Origin: Adineta vaga
Lineage: Eukaryota; Animalia; Rotifera
Length of the DNA stretch: 64,000 bases
Assembly: GCA_021613535.1 (NCBI GenBank)
Contig: CP075493.1
Location: 7,316,001 to 7,380,000, forward strand
Reading direction: 5' to 3'
How positions within the stretch are numbered: the stretch's first letter is position 1; each line of letters starts with the position of its first letter. Of this stretch, positions 36,601 to 49,317 are shown one piece after another. Made by a program: the position numbers and the translations under genes. The notes below the pieces were generated by a model, which ran no database searches, was not told where the DNA came from, and saw nothing but the letters and a program-made list of their open reading frames with translations.

Positions 36601-37596
36601 AGTCCACATAAAAGAGTAGTACCAAGGTGACTATCTTCTTAAACTCTACTAAGTTGCTCTTAGATCAACATAATTTGAATTAGGGCAATGCTATCTCGCG
36701 TAATTATGTCTATCAGACTAGTTTTGTGTAGATATAAATTACGAAAAAAGTGTCTCCTGCCCAAGATCACGTAGTTAGTTATAAGACACCAGTAAAACTC
36801 ATAATAACGAGAATCTGCGCCATAACTTTGACCAACCATACCTCAAAGTGAGAGAAATAGATAGAATGTTACTTGTATCATAGGAAAATGTCAGAAATTA
36901 ACAGTTGGTCAACTCCAGAAAATCGAGAAATGTATTTTTCGTATAGGGGGCCTATAATTATGGTACAGCAAGTTTTCACTGATTTGTATTTTTTTCTTCC
37001 ACTATCAGCGAACGGAAATAGGATGTTAGATTGGTAGATAGTACATGTGTACCCACGCATTCCTATACCATTGTTTGGTCACCATCTTTTACTGCTGAAA
37101 TAAAATAACGATTTTCGTATTCATGTATATGGGGGGTCTATAATTTTGCTATACCCTGTACTGCTTGTTTGAGAGCTTCACAGATAGGTTTGATCTCTGT
37201 AAAGACTCCCTTAATCTTCGGCCATTCTTTCGCCCATTCTTCATGTCGTTGTTTGTTGCCACAAAAGATGAAAATGGAATCCACTTGAGACAAATCATGT
37301 ACCCGAGGTACAGTATGCTGTCCAAGTGAACCTGAAATAATCATGCACGCCTTACGACCTTTGATGGTTTCAATAAACTGGATGCACTGATCGCCATTGG
37401 TGTAAGTGTTTAAATCAATGACAGCACGTCGAAGTTGTATCATAGTATTTTGACAATCTTCATTGTTCTTGTCGATACTGCCATCCAACCATATAAGAAG
37501 AACACTTTGGATCTTCTGAATATCAAGACAACGACGTCCACGTGTGTCTCTTGAAGTTCCAGTTGTTTTTTCAGTTGTTGCGGTGTTGCTTGCCAT
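33675..37596 (-). CDS. ADP-ribosyltransferase (R-S-E clade) + TPR protein, interrupted by a DNA transposon
   Basis: The N-part (ORF 37138..37596; LLIWLD...IISGSLG...IFIFC) and C-part (ORF 33675..35558) join in frame as ...KQAV|AQCEQN... (759 aa) when the insertion and one TA are removed. ART motifs VYRGQ, FLSTS, EDEVLF; 8 TPRs; otherwise intronless. Confidence 0.9.
33720..34475 (-). repeat. Six tandem 126-bp (42-aa) TPR coding repeats
   Basis: Unit A.SYNNIG.VY..MGDY.KALS.HEKALAI.QQSL.PNHPDL, repeated with high nucleotide identity. Confidence 0.95.
35519..37158. mobile_element. Non-autonomous foldback/MITE-like DNA transposon with Tc1/mariner-type ends
   Basis: TA|CAGGGTATAGCAAAATTATAGACCCC ... 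GGGGTCTATAATTTTGCTATACCCTG|TA. Inverted arms at 35519-36231 and 36446-37158 (713 bp each) around a 214-bp spacer. TA duplication at 35517-35518 and 37159-37160. No transposase ORF. Confidence 0.95.
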
Positions 37597-39551
37597 TGAT
37601 TTTATTTGTTCTGTTGATGAGAATAACGTATATTGTGAATTTTAGTTCCTTTGAAAAGTTACCAATAATTGACTGACCAAAATTTGCTTATTATATAGGT
37701 CTCTATTCTCTTCCGATGTATTTTTCTTTTGTTGATTTTTATATTTCTTCTGAAATCATGAGCAAACAACGGAATCCATTTAACGAGGTACTCTTACGTA
37801 GTTGCCAGTCATCTAAATATTCGCCGAAAATGAATGTTTTTTATTTGTTGTCTTCAAACATATTCTTATTGTTTGCGATTAAGAATCAAAAATTGGAAAA
37901 AATATTCCTAATTCAAATCTATAAATAATGTTAATCATGATTTTGAAAAGTACAATCAAATTCAAGATGGGATATGTGATGCATTAAGACGACGACATCA
38001 ATAATAAAAGAGTTTCAATTATTGTTCTTCTCTTTTTCATTATTTTAGAACAAAAGTATCTGCAATAAGAACATGATTGGGTCATTGAAAGAGAGATTGA
38101 GTGAGAAAAAAGAACTTTTTGTTATTGAACTCTGACCATAGATAATCTATACATATTATGGATAAATGTGAATATAAAATCTTTCTGCGAAAGAAGCTTC
38201 ACAGAATTTGTCTTATGATTTTGTTTGATTTCTTCAAAAAATGTGAAGTCAATAAACACAGCATAATGTAAGTTCTTTTAGTTGTTGCTCACTTTTCTAT
38301 TCTTTGACTACTACAGTAGTAGATATAATATTCTGTAATAGGAAGTATTCTTCGTGTTGTTTCTTATAACATATTTCAATTTTTTCACGATTTTTATCAC
38401 ATGAAAATCTTCAATCTACTGAAGATTGAATATTGGTTTGATCAGATCTAAGAAATAAAATATGTGATATTAGTCTTGAACACCTTTGGAAAAACTGGTG
38501 TTTGGGCGACTATCGAAATGTCTATTATATATTCAGATAGAAATCTCGATTGTATTAGACTTAACATATACAATATGCACTTTTGTTCATTTTCATCAAT
38601 ATTGCACATAAATAATGATGTTGAACAAAAATTCATATTTATCTGACTTTGTTATTTTCGGTCTTTTAATTATAAGTTTACTTTTCGCACTGACAAAATT
38701 CTTTTGTTCTTTTTCTTCTTCACTCTCGACACATTAAAAAGGGTTTTTTACAGTTGCGATAAATTACGTAGTTGGAAAGAAAAAATTATAACCTTCGATT
38801 TAGTGTTGATTCAAATGAATTTCTATATGATTAAGATGTCTCTGTATAATCCAAATATTCAATTATTAACATTAGTTATATCTCTCTTCGAAACTTTGAT
38901 CACGGAAATTTTCAATCTTCTTTTGAGCGAATCAATCTCAATGGTAGTTTTAATTCTAGATCTATCTCACTTTCGAATAATTGAAATGCAATCGTTGATC
39001 CTCGTATTAACTTATTCGGTTTTTGACCAAATGATCTGTTTTTTTTCTGATAAGATCTAAAATTTGAGCAATAGACCAGCTATCATTAATGTTTTTCGAG
39101 AAAGTTTTCTGAAAAAAAAACGAATAGTGAAAGAGTTTTCATCATAGATTGGAGACATTGAAAATCTGTCGTTTTCCTTTGAATGAGATACAATTCTGTT
39201 TGTCTTTTCCAACAAATAATATACATATGAACATATACGTAGATACAGGAAAGTATTGTGGAGGATGTGGGTGTGGGTAAGAATGAGGCTATATATTCTT
39301 AAACCACACCCACCCCTCTATGTAAAGAGGACATCTATCGATGTGCATCCTCAATGGTTTATTAAAAAATAAATTATGGATCTAACCATTCTAGAAGAAG
39401 AGTATGTATGTGTATGTCGAAGACAAAAGTCGCTCACCGAAATTTATGCTTACGTGTCTTTTTGACTCATTTGGAAAATGTTCTATAACTTCAATTGTTG
39501 TCTAAATTCGAATATCTTACTTACACATTAATCAATTTAATAAAATCCATA

Positions 39552-40197
39552 ATGCCAATTCAATTGTCAGATTTTCAAAGTAAGACAAACAAATAATTGT
39601 AGAATTTTCTTGTCAATAATCAATCCATATGATCTTTCTCAGAGATCGGTCTTGGTCTGTCAATATTTGGAGTTGGTTTTATTTTCCTTGGAATGATTTT
39701 TCTCTTTGATAAAGGCTTACTTGCTGTCGGAAATGTAAGTTTGAATGAAATTCAGTGACAAGATTTTTTGTTTATTTCAAATTAAGATTTTATTTTTGGC
39801 TGGTTTAAGTATGATTATCGGTTTTGAACGTACATTTCGATTTTTCTTTCAACGTTATAAAATAAAAGCAACATTACTTTTCTTTGGTGGAATCGCAATT
39901 GTTCTAATCGGATGGCCATTAATTGGAATGATTGTTGAAATTTATGGATTCTTTCTTCTATTCGGGTAAGTACAAACATATATGTTTACTTATTTTATTA
40001 AATTCGTATATATTTTAGTGGATTTATTCCTATTGCAATTAATTTTCTTCGACGATTACCTATTATCGGTTCTCTACTATTGTTACCTGGTATTCGACAG
40101 GTTTGTATGACAATTTTTATTCGTCAAATTGATGTTGTATTCTTGAATTTTGTTTTAGGTAGTCGATCGATTGTGTGAGAGTAGATCAATGGTATAA
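39552..40197 (+). CDS. GOLT1B: Vesicle transport protein Got1
   Basis: LSDFQ|KIGLGLSIFGVGFIFLGMIFLFDKGLLAVGN|ILFLAGL...GFERTFRFFFQRYKIKAT...GWPLIGMIVEIYGFFLLF|...SRSMV*. Confidence 0.93.
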
Positions 40198-40462
40198 TGA
40201 TGCGTTTTCTTCTTTGTTAGTTCAGATATATCTGAACAATTCTTTATGTATCTTGTTACACATGCGTGTTCTTTCTTTTTTTCTGTTCGTATATGAAATA
40301 ATCAAAGAAAACAAAAAGGATGTTAAAACTCAGCAATTTCTTTGTGTCTCCAATGATTTCTTTTTAAATAGGAATATGAAAATTCAGTCATTTTATTTAT
40401 TTTTCAGATGATTGATTCAAATTAATCGTTCTAATATTCATGAATATTAGATTAAAGAAATC

Positions 40463-43091
40463 ATGATTATTCAACATGGTTTACAACCAATATTAAGACA
40501 CAGTAATAATAATATATATATGACATAGTGTGTTCAATAATTGAGATGAGTTATTTGTTTTTAATTCTTTATAGCTCGTCAATCATTAAAACGTACTTGT
40601 GTAATATTAACCTATACTGCACAACATCATATTCTTCGTACTCTTTCTTCTACGTAAGTCGTTTTCTTCAAAGACATTTATTATACTGTTATTTCTCTCT
40701 GACACTCATTCCAGCCCTTTCAATTCCTATGGACATGATCTGTTATTCCAACAAAATCCCTTCTATATACCAAAACGCTTACAATCTAATTCAACTCCAC
40801 CACCAACTTCAAGTGGTGATCCTCCACCTGATTTGAATGTATCTGCCATTAAATCAATACCATCAGCATTAAAAGGTCTAGATAAAGTTATGAAAATTTC
40901 ATAACAATCTCTTCATTTCAGCTCGAACACGTAAAGCAATAGTTAATGATGTTGATACAAGTTATACAGAAAATAAACTTATTACAGCTGTTCGAGCAAT
41001 GCATGAATATCTATTAAAACCATCGTAAGTTTTCTCGAAAGAATATGAAATTCATTGTGCATATGTATTGTTTTGTTATATAGCGATTTGGAAACATTGA
41101 AGCAATATAAGACACGTTCACCGTATTCGGATGTTGCTGATACTTCACAGATGCTGACAGTTTATCGACGAGGTGATGTCGAAAAACGGTAAGATCATTT
41201 TTAATAAATAGAAAATATTCTTATCGATCTTTTATATATTTATATCGAAGTGCTTTTGAAGTTTGGGGTAGTCCAGAAATGTTAACGAAAGAAAAAGCAA
41301 AACGTTCAAAAACTCGACAAGATGAATATGAAGGTACCATTAAATAGAGATAATCATTTTGCTTTTAAATCATTTTTTCTTTCGTTAATAGCGTTATTTA
41401 GTCTGAAAAAATCAGTTAAAGAATATCAGAAACGTTTATCATTATTAGAAAATGCTTCATTTGATAATCGAAAATCAGTAAATACTATATCTCTTCTTCG
41501 ATATTCTTGAAATTATTTTGATTTAGGTTAAAAAAAATATTCTCACAACCGGTAGTGGAAAAGTTGTTATAGCTGCTGTCCTAATGTAAGACTTAATTGA
41601 ATGATAGACATAAGAAATTTTTTCTATTTCCTTCATGTAGTAATGCGACAAATGCAGTTGTGAAAACAATTGGTTGGCTATTTACAGGTTCAGCCTCATT
41701 ATTTTCTGAAGCTGTACATTCTATTGCTGATACATGCAATCAACTGATCTTAACATTTGGTTTATGGCAATCGATTAAAAAACCAAATCCAGAACATCCG
41801 TAAATGAAAATAAAATGATAAGTCATACAGATTCGAAAACATTCTTTTTCTCCATTTAGTTATGGTTATTCAAATATGACTTATATATCATCATTGATTA
41901 GTGGTGTGGGCATATTTTGTTTCGGAACAGGCCTTGCTTGGTATCATGGTATATTAGTTTTATTACACCCTCAAGAAATGGAATCAGCTTTTTGGGTAAA
42001 GAAACAATACCATCGTTGTTTTTGTTCTTACATCGATGTGTTAATGTTGCTGTTTTAGGGTTTGGTACTTTTGAGTGGTTCATTGATTTCTGAAGGAGGT
42101 TTGTTGGAATCATTTTCACTAAGATTTGATATACTTCTTGATGTTGTTATTATTATTATTGTCTAGCAACACTTTATATGGCTGTTAATGAGATTCGAGC
42201 ATCAGCAAAAGAAACTGGCATGCGATTTTGGGAATATGGTACGAAAATTTTGTTATGAATTCGATTGATTGTATATTCTTATTATTATTTAGTTGGTCAA
42301 GGATATAAACCAAATGTCAATGTTGTTCTATTGGAAGATCTTGCAGCAGTTCTAGGAGTCTGTGTAGCTGCTTCAGCAATGGGTCTTTCCGTTTATCTTA
42401 AATCACCTATTCCAGATGCGATTGGTTCGCTTGTTATCGGTGGTATTCTAGGTGCAGTTGCTTCTTTTATTATCTACTCAAATACAGCTGCATTAGTTGG
42501 ACGGTAAGTTAAAGTACAAATGAGAAATTCAATGTTTATCGACGATTCTTTTTCGATCATTAAAGATCAATTCATCCGAATCAAATTGAGGCAATCAATA
42601 ATGATTTAGAAAATGATCGAATGGTTCGGTAAGTTAAATTTTCTAATTAGTTTCTATACTATAATTAGTTTTCTTCTATAGTGCATTGTATGATATTAAA
42701 GCCACTGATATGGGTTCACAATCGGTTATGTTTAAAGCTGAAGTCGATATTGATGGACGAGAAATAACTCGATCGTATTTGGAACGAATTGACATTCAAC
42801 TTATTCTCGAAGTTTGCTAAAAGAATAAGATCAATTCTTTTTAGAATTAATGCATGTGTTGTTTTTTCATTGAAGGAAATTCAGAAAATTGATACGATTC
42901 AAACTGCAGAAGCATTTCTTCTCAAACATGGAGAGAATATCGTTGATCGGGTTGGAGCTGAAATTGATCGAATCGAACGAAATCTTCGAGTAAAATTATC
43001 ATCTTCTCATTTCTTTAATCATACGATTATTTTCATTCTTTCCTAGAAAAAACATCCATATCTACGACATGTTGATCTAGAAGTTCTCTAA
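40463..43091 (+). CDS. SLC30A9: Mitochondrial zinc transporter ZnT9
   Basis: ITAVRAMHEYLLKPSDL, TGSASLFSEAVHSIADTCNQ, HPYGYSNMTYISSLISGVGIFC, VVLLEDLAAV, FKAEVDIDGR, LLKHGENIVDRVGAEIDRIE, LRHVDLEVL*. Confidence 0.95.
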
Positions 43092-43346
43092 CAAGCCACA
43101 CTTTGATTTTAGACTATTTTTCCATGTATTTAATCGCTTTTTTTCATGTAAATATATACATATATATTAAATATACTCTTTATTTCATCTGTTTGTGAAA
43201 AACATTTCAAAAGATAGTATTCTTATTTTGATTTCTTGCCTAGTCAAATGTTCGACAATTAGCAAGACTTTTCAATCGTCAAATGATTGTATACATAAAT
43301 TTAATATCAACCTAATTTTATTTTTCATCACATGTGAAACAAGAAA

Positions 43347-44749
43347 CTATGTATAACCAATTGTTCTTTTCTTATTCGCTTGACTTATATCAGAAAGGGT
43401 TGGTATTGGTGTTTTCAATTCATTTGCTGTTGGTAATGCTCTCGTACCAGTTTCATGTTCTTTATTTATTTGTTCTCGTTTCTTTTCATCTTCCACTGCA
43501 TCTGTTGACGTATCTTGATCAAGGAGTTTGACCTTCGGTTTCTCAAATGTATATAATAATGAATCTGATGGTGGAAGCCATGAGGGTAAGATCTTTGAAT
43601 GAACACGCCATTGACTGTATGGAAAGGTGAGTACACGTTCAAAAACAATATATTCGAGAACATCTTTCGGTATTATTTCATTGCCATACATCAATCGACC
43701 AAATCGATCATAGATTGCACATGTCTTAATGATTGATTTACATAGAGAACAAAAGCAATGATTGAAATGTATCTTACCTGTTTTGAATGCATTCGTACAG
43801 TTATTTGTGCCATTGTCATACCCTTAAGAATTTCTCCACTTTTGATAGCTACGACGTAGGATGGTTCAATGTCTTCTAACCATTTCCAACGTAAAGTTTT
43901 GTAACGAAGACCACGACCCATTTCCTATCAAGATACGTTGAGATAAAAATAAGATGAATAATCTTTTTCCTACCGCGAATGATCCAGGTGTAACTAATTG
44001 AATAAGACGTTCTTCATCTCGACTAAAAAAGATTTCAAATCAAATCGATTCCATTCAAAAACTAAAGAATATTATTTACTCCATCAATGCTTGATGTGCA
44101 TCAATATATCTCTGTTGAGCTATATCAGCAAATAATAACGGTTCAAAATCTGGTTCATGTTTACGAATAGTACTTGAATGTTTTCTTGTTGCTAAATTCT
44201 TTTTTAATGATGTATAAAATTGATTTAATCTCTAAAATATGAATGTCAATCATCTTTAAACCTAAGTATTCTAATAAACTCACATCTCTTGACATTAATG
44301 TTGCTTTTCCATCACCTTCTGGAGGTACATATGCTTCAAATGGTTCCGCTAAATAAAAATAAATCATTGTTACAATTACTTTTCGAACAAAATAAAACAA
44401 GAATTGTAATTACTCGATGCATCAATATATAATGGTTTGTATTCAGCAGTACGAATTGGAGGTATACCTTCACGTTTGAAATATTCTCGTTGTTCCTGAA
44501 TTGTCGACGATCGAAGTTTTCGATCTCGATCAAAATCCGGTAAATCAATCTAAAAATAGTACCAATGAATTGAATGAACGAATCAAACAAAAAATATGTG
44601 CATACATCAAGAACTTTTTGTCGTCGAAATAGTCGCCATTTTGGTTTAGTATGATGATTAGGTGATTTTGTAAAATGTGTTCGAATAATGATTAGAAATT
44701 GACGACTATTCGTTGTTATTTGAGTCGAACGAAAGAGATTCAATGCCAT
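43347..44749 (-). CDS. MRPL45: Mitochondrial ribosomal protein mL45 (Tim44-like domain)
   Basis: [51 protein letters not shown]...[11 protein letters not shown]; N-terminal mitochondrial-presequence-like segment. Confidence 0.9.
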
Positions 44750-44975
44750 GAAGAAATTAGATCAACTAATCTAAAACAAAATGAGATATTTTTCTTTTTA
44801 CACTTCTCTATACATAATGAGAATCATTCGGTAAGTTTTGTTAATCAGATCCCTCTCACTCTAAAGTCATACGAAATACATATATCTAGTGTAATCATTC
44901 ATGTATATATATATATATATTTGTTTCTAATAATTATATAAAAATTTATTAGCTGAAAGACATTTATGTGTAAAA

Positions 44976-45554
44976 TTATTTTTTTGTTTGTTGTTGATAT
45001 TGCATTTGATGAAGAACACTTTGTGCATCTTTGAATTTTTCTAAAAGTTCTTGTAAACTTTCTTGTGAACAAGTAAACTGTATATGATTGATATTTGTTG
45101 TATATTTATCACGTTTTGTCCAGTCGAGTGTATAAATTGGTTCAAAAACTTTATCAGTATGATTGGTTTTCAATTGTAAATCTAAACGCCAATTAAGATT
45201 TAAAAGACGATCATGTTCAATGGATTTTTGTTTAAGATATAATTGTATTGTTGGTAAATGTTTCGTATATGCCGAAAGAAATCGATCTTGTCGAGATTTA
45301 TTTGTAAATTGTAAATCATCAAATTTCGATCGAACGGATGTTTCATCAAGATCATATTTGACACATTCAAATAGAAAAGTTAATATTGATGAAATAAGAT
45401 GTTTATCAATTGATGATGAAAATTGTATATTGCCATTTGTTGATGTAAATAATGAAAAGAGTTTATCAATTAAATCTTCATATGCTTTGTCAGAAAGATA
45501 TGTTTGATCATTTAAACGATGAAAATCTTCTTGGATTTCAATATTGAATTCCAT
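44976..45554 (-). CDS. COMMD3: COMM domain-containing protein 3 (intronless)
   Basis: 192 aa. COMM domain LLNLNWRLDLQLKTN...IQFTCSQESLQELLEKFKDA most resembles COMMD3. Confidence 0.85.
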   Translation of the reverse strand: MEFNIEIQEDFHRLNDQTYLSDKAYEDLIDKLFSLFTSTNGNIQFSSSIDKHLISSILTFLFECVKYDLDETSVRSKFDDLQFTNKSRQDRFLSAYTKHLPTIQLYLKQKSIEHDRLLNLNWRLDLQLKTNHTDKVFEPIYTLDWTKRDKYTTNINHIQFTCSQESLQELLEKFKDAQSVLHQMQYQQQTKK

Positions 45555-45727
45555 TTTTTATACTAACAATCAAATGAAAGAAAATGTTTCACAATCTAAA
45601 ACAACGAGAGAAGAAAAAGCAAGTTGGTTGAGTTCTGAAAGGAATGAAAATATTATATATATATATGACTAAACTAAAGATAAATATATGTACGCATATT
45701 TAAGTTAGATAACAAGATTGTATTTGG

Positions 45728-46943
<1,216 letters not shown>

Positions 46944-47495
46944 CTATAATTATTTTTACCCAATATTTTCTTAGTTTATACATATTTTTTTCAAGATTAA
47001 TAAGAAGAGTGAAAGCTCAACGTATATATATATATATATATTCCAAGGATCAATAAACAGTATGTGTGCATAGGTTCACAAGAAAGAGAGAGAGAGAGAA
47101 AAAGACTACAGACTACGTACAGAGAGCAAGAACAGAAGAAAGAAGTTACTTATTTTGGATAATTCACCACTTAAATTCAATGGTAGCAGTATTGATATAG
47201 GTAAGAAATAGAAATCAAAAAGAAAAGAAACAGATAGTTTGTCTTTATATATAGGTATATATAACACGTTACTATTTTGAAAAGTTGATAAACAGCATCT
47301 GTTGTTGTTGTTGTTGTTTTGTTTGTGGAATGATGCAAAGCAGGAGAGAAAAAAACAGAACACAAGCATGGAAGCGCCAGAGAATAACGAACAATTGTGA
47401 GAAGGAAAAAAAAACAATCAAAATTCGAAAGAAGAGGAAAATGAAAAAGAGAATAAACATCACACTTTGTACAAGAAATCATGACCAGCATATTT

Positions 47496-49240
47496 TCATT
47501 GAGCCGTTGTTGAATCATTATCATCAGTTGGAAAGAAAAATTGTTGTTCTGTTGTTGGACTGGTAGATTTTTCTTGTTCTGTAGTTGGTCGTGGTAATAG
47601 AACAGATAAAGGTTGCAAAGAAGAAGCTTCATCTAAAGATCGATCGCGATGAAATTGATTTCTATTTGATAATTTCAGTTTTGAACAATTTATATTGATG
47701 CCAAGATGTTTAGTCGCAGATGGAACAATTAATCCTGCTGATTGTATAGAAGGAATAACTGCTGAACGAGTAAAATTTGCTGGTAAAAGTAAAAATGATG
47801 ATGACGAAGATGATGTTGTTGATGCTGGAGATATAGGGGTAAATGTTAATGATGATGATGAGCATGTAGAATTTGTTGGACTTGGACATATACTTGGCGA
47901 ATTAGGTGGAGGAAATATATCATTATCAGAATGTTGAATTGGTTTAAAATGAGTATTATCATTCCCGTTTGAAGTCGATGAAGAAGAAGATGACGAAGGA
48001 GGTATCGAAGAAAGAAGGTTAAGTGATTGTTGAGTCGTAAGTAAACTTGTACTCGATTCGACCAAACCAGGTGAAGGAGATTCACTAAAAGAGAATAGAT
48101 AGAGATTTTGAATTTATTTCTTGATGATTGATACGTACGGTGAATTAGTTGGTCCAAATAATGATTCATTGTCACTTGCGATTCTACTTTTTTTATTATT
48201 CGATCCCATTGAAGTTTCATCTCCTTCTACAAAAGAAAAACAAGAAGAAATAAAATAAAAAGAATGAACTTTTCAAACAAACGTTTTCGTTTGAGATTTG
48301 GTGGAAAAGATGGAATTTTATTGGACGAATTATTATTAGTATTGGTCATCATTCCGATTGGACTTTGTGATCGACTAGGTGGAGAAGCTAAATAACATTG
48401 GAATGGTGCAACTTGTTGCTGAAGTGCTGGACTATAACATTGCTAAAAAGAATGAATGAAGAGAGCAATATGTTTGTGATGTCTTATCTTGAAATATAGA
48501 ACGTACTCGTTGATTACTGACAACTGCACAAGGTCGTGCAGGAGTTGATGGACTTGGTGATGATGAATAACACAGATTAGATGAATCAGAACTGTTGACT
48601 GATGATCGACGACTATCTATTGAATGTGCTGGCTGTTGTGGTTGTTGTTCATCCTAATAATGATTCAACAGAAAACAGTTTTATATTCTTTAGAAAAACA
48701 AAACTTACTCCGACTGCAAGATCCGTAAATGATATTGACATTTTGAGATTATCATGTAAATCACTATAAATAGAAAAAGTAATTGCGATCTAAATTTTAT
48801 ATTAATCAAATAAACTTACCGTTCTTGAGATGCTTCATCAACAATAGGATTGGTCATTTCATTTTTCATAATATGAGCAAAACGACTGAGACGAGTTTGA
48901 TGTGAACTCTAAATAGATATATAAACAAATCAGATTAAATCTATTCATTAGTATATGTCATCTTTTTCTTTTAGAACAATGTCTATGAAAGATTAATACT
49001 TACAAATGATGAACTATGTCTTCGTAGTTTGGAATCACAAAAATCGACATCATCAAATTGCATATCATTTCTAAAATAGAAGACAGATACAATTCTATAC
49101 TCGATAAAAATATTTAAAAAACTTTCATACTCAGCTGTATTAACAAGAAGTGGAAGTGCTGGTGAACTATTCGATCGTTTGATTGACAAATCGAATAAAT
49201 GTTGTCGAAATGCTGATGCATCATCTTCTTCTTCATCCAT
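47496..49240 (-). CDS. FAM122/PABIR family PP2A-B55 regulator
   Basis: IKRSNSSP, RRHSSS, QCYSPALQ, RSQSPI and LKRK appear in the order seen in FAM122A; Ser/Pro-rich; multi-exon. Confidence 0.75.
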
Positions 49241-49317
49241 TAGAACATTTGAATTCAAATTGATTTCTAAAATTTATCAATCTAGAATAAATAAACAAAA
49301 ATAGAAAGAATTCATTT

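Noticed and set aside
35467-37060. ORFs inside the foldback element as a transposase
   Set aside because: Short, mirrored by the inverted arms, with no DDE/D or HTH motifs.
37716-39060. Hydrophobic F/I/L-rich short ORFs (also at 7672, 8609, 14911, 29234, 47106, 61534, 63371)
   Set aside because: Typical of AT-rich noncoding DNA; many use non-ATG starts and show no motifs or splice support.
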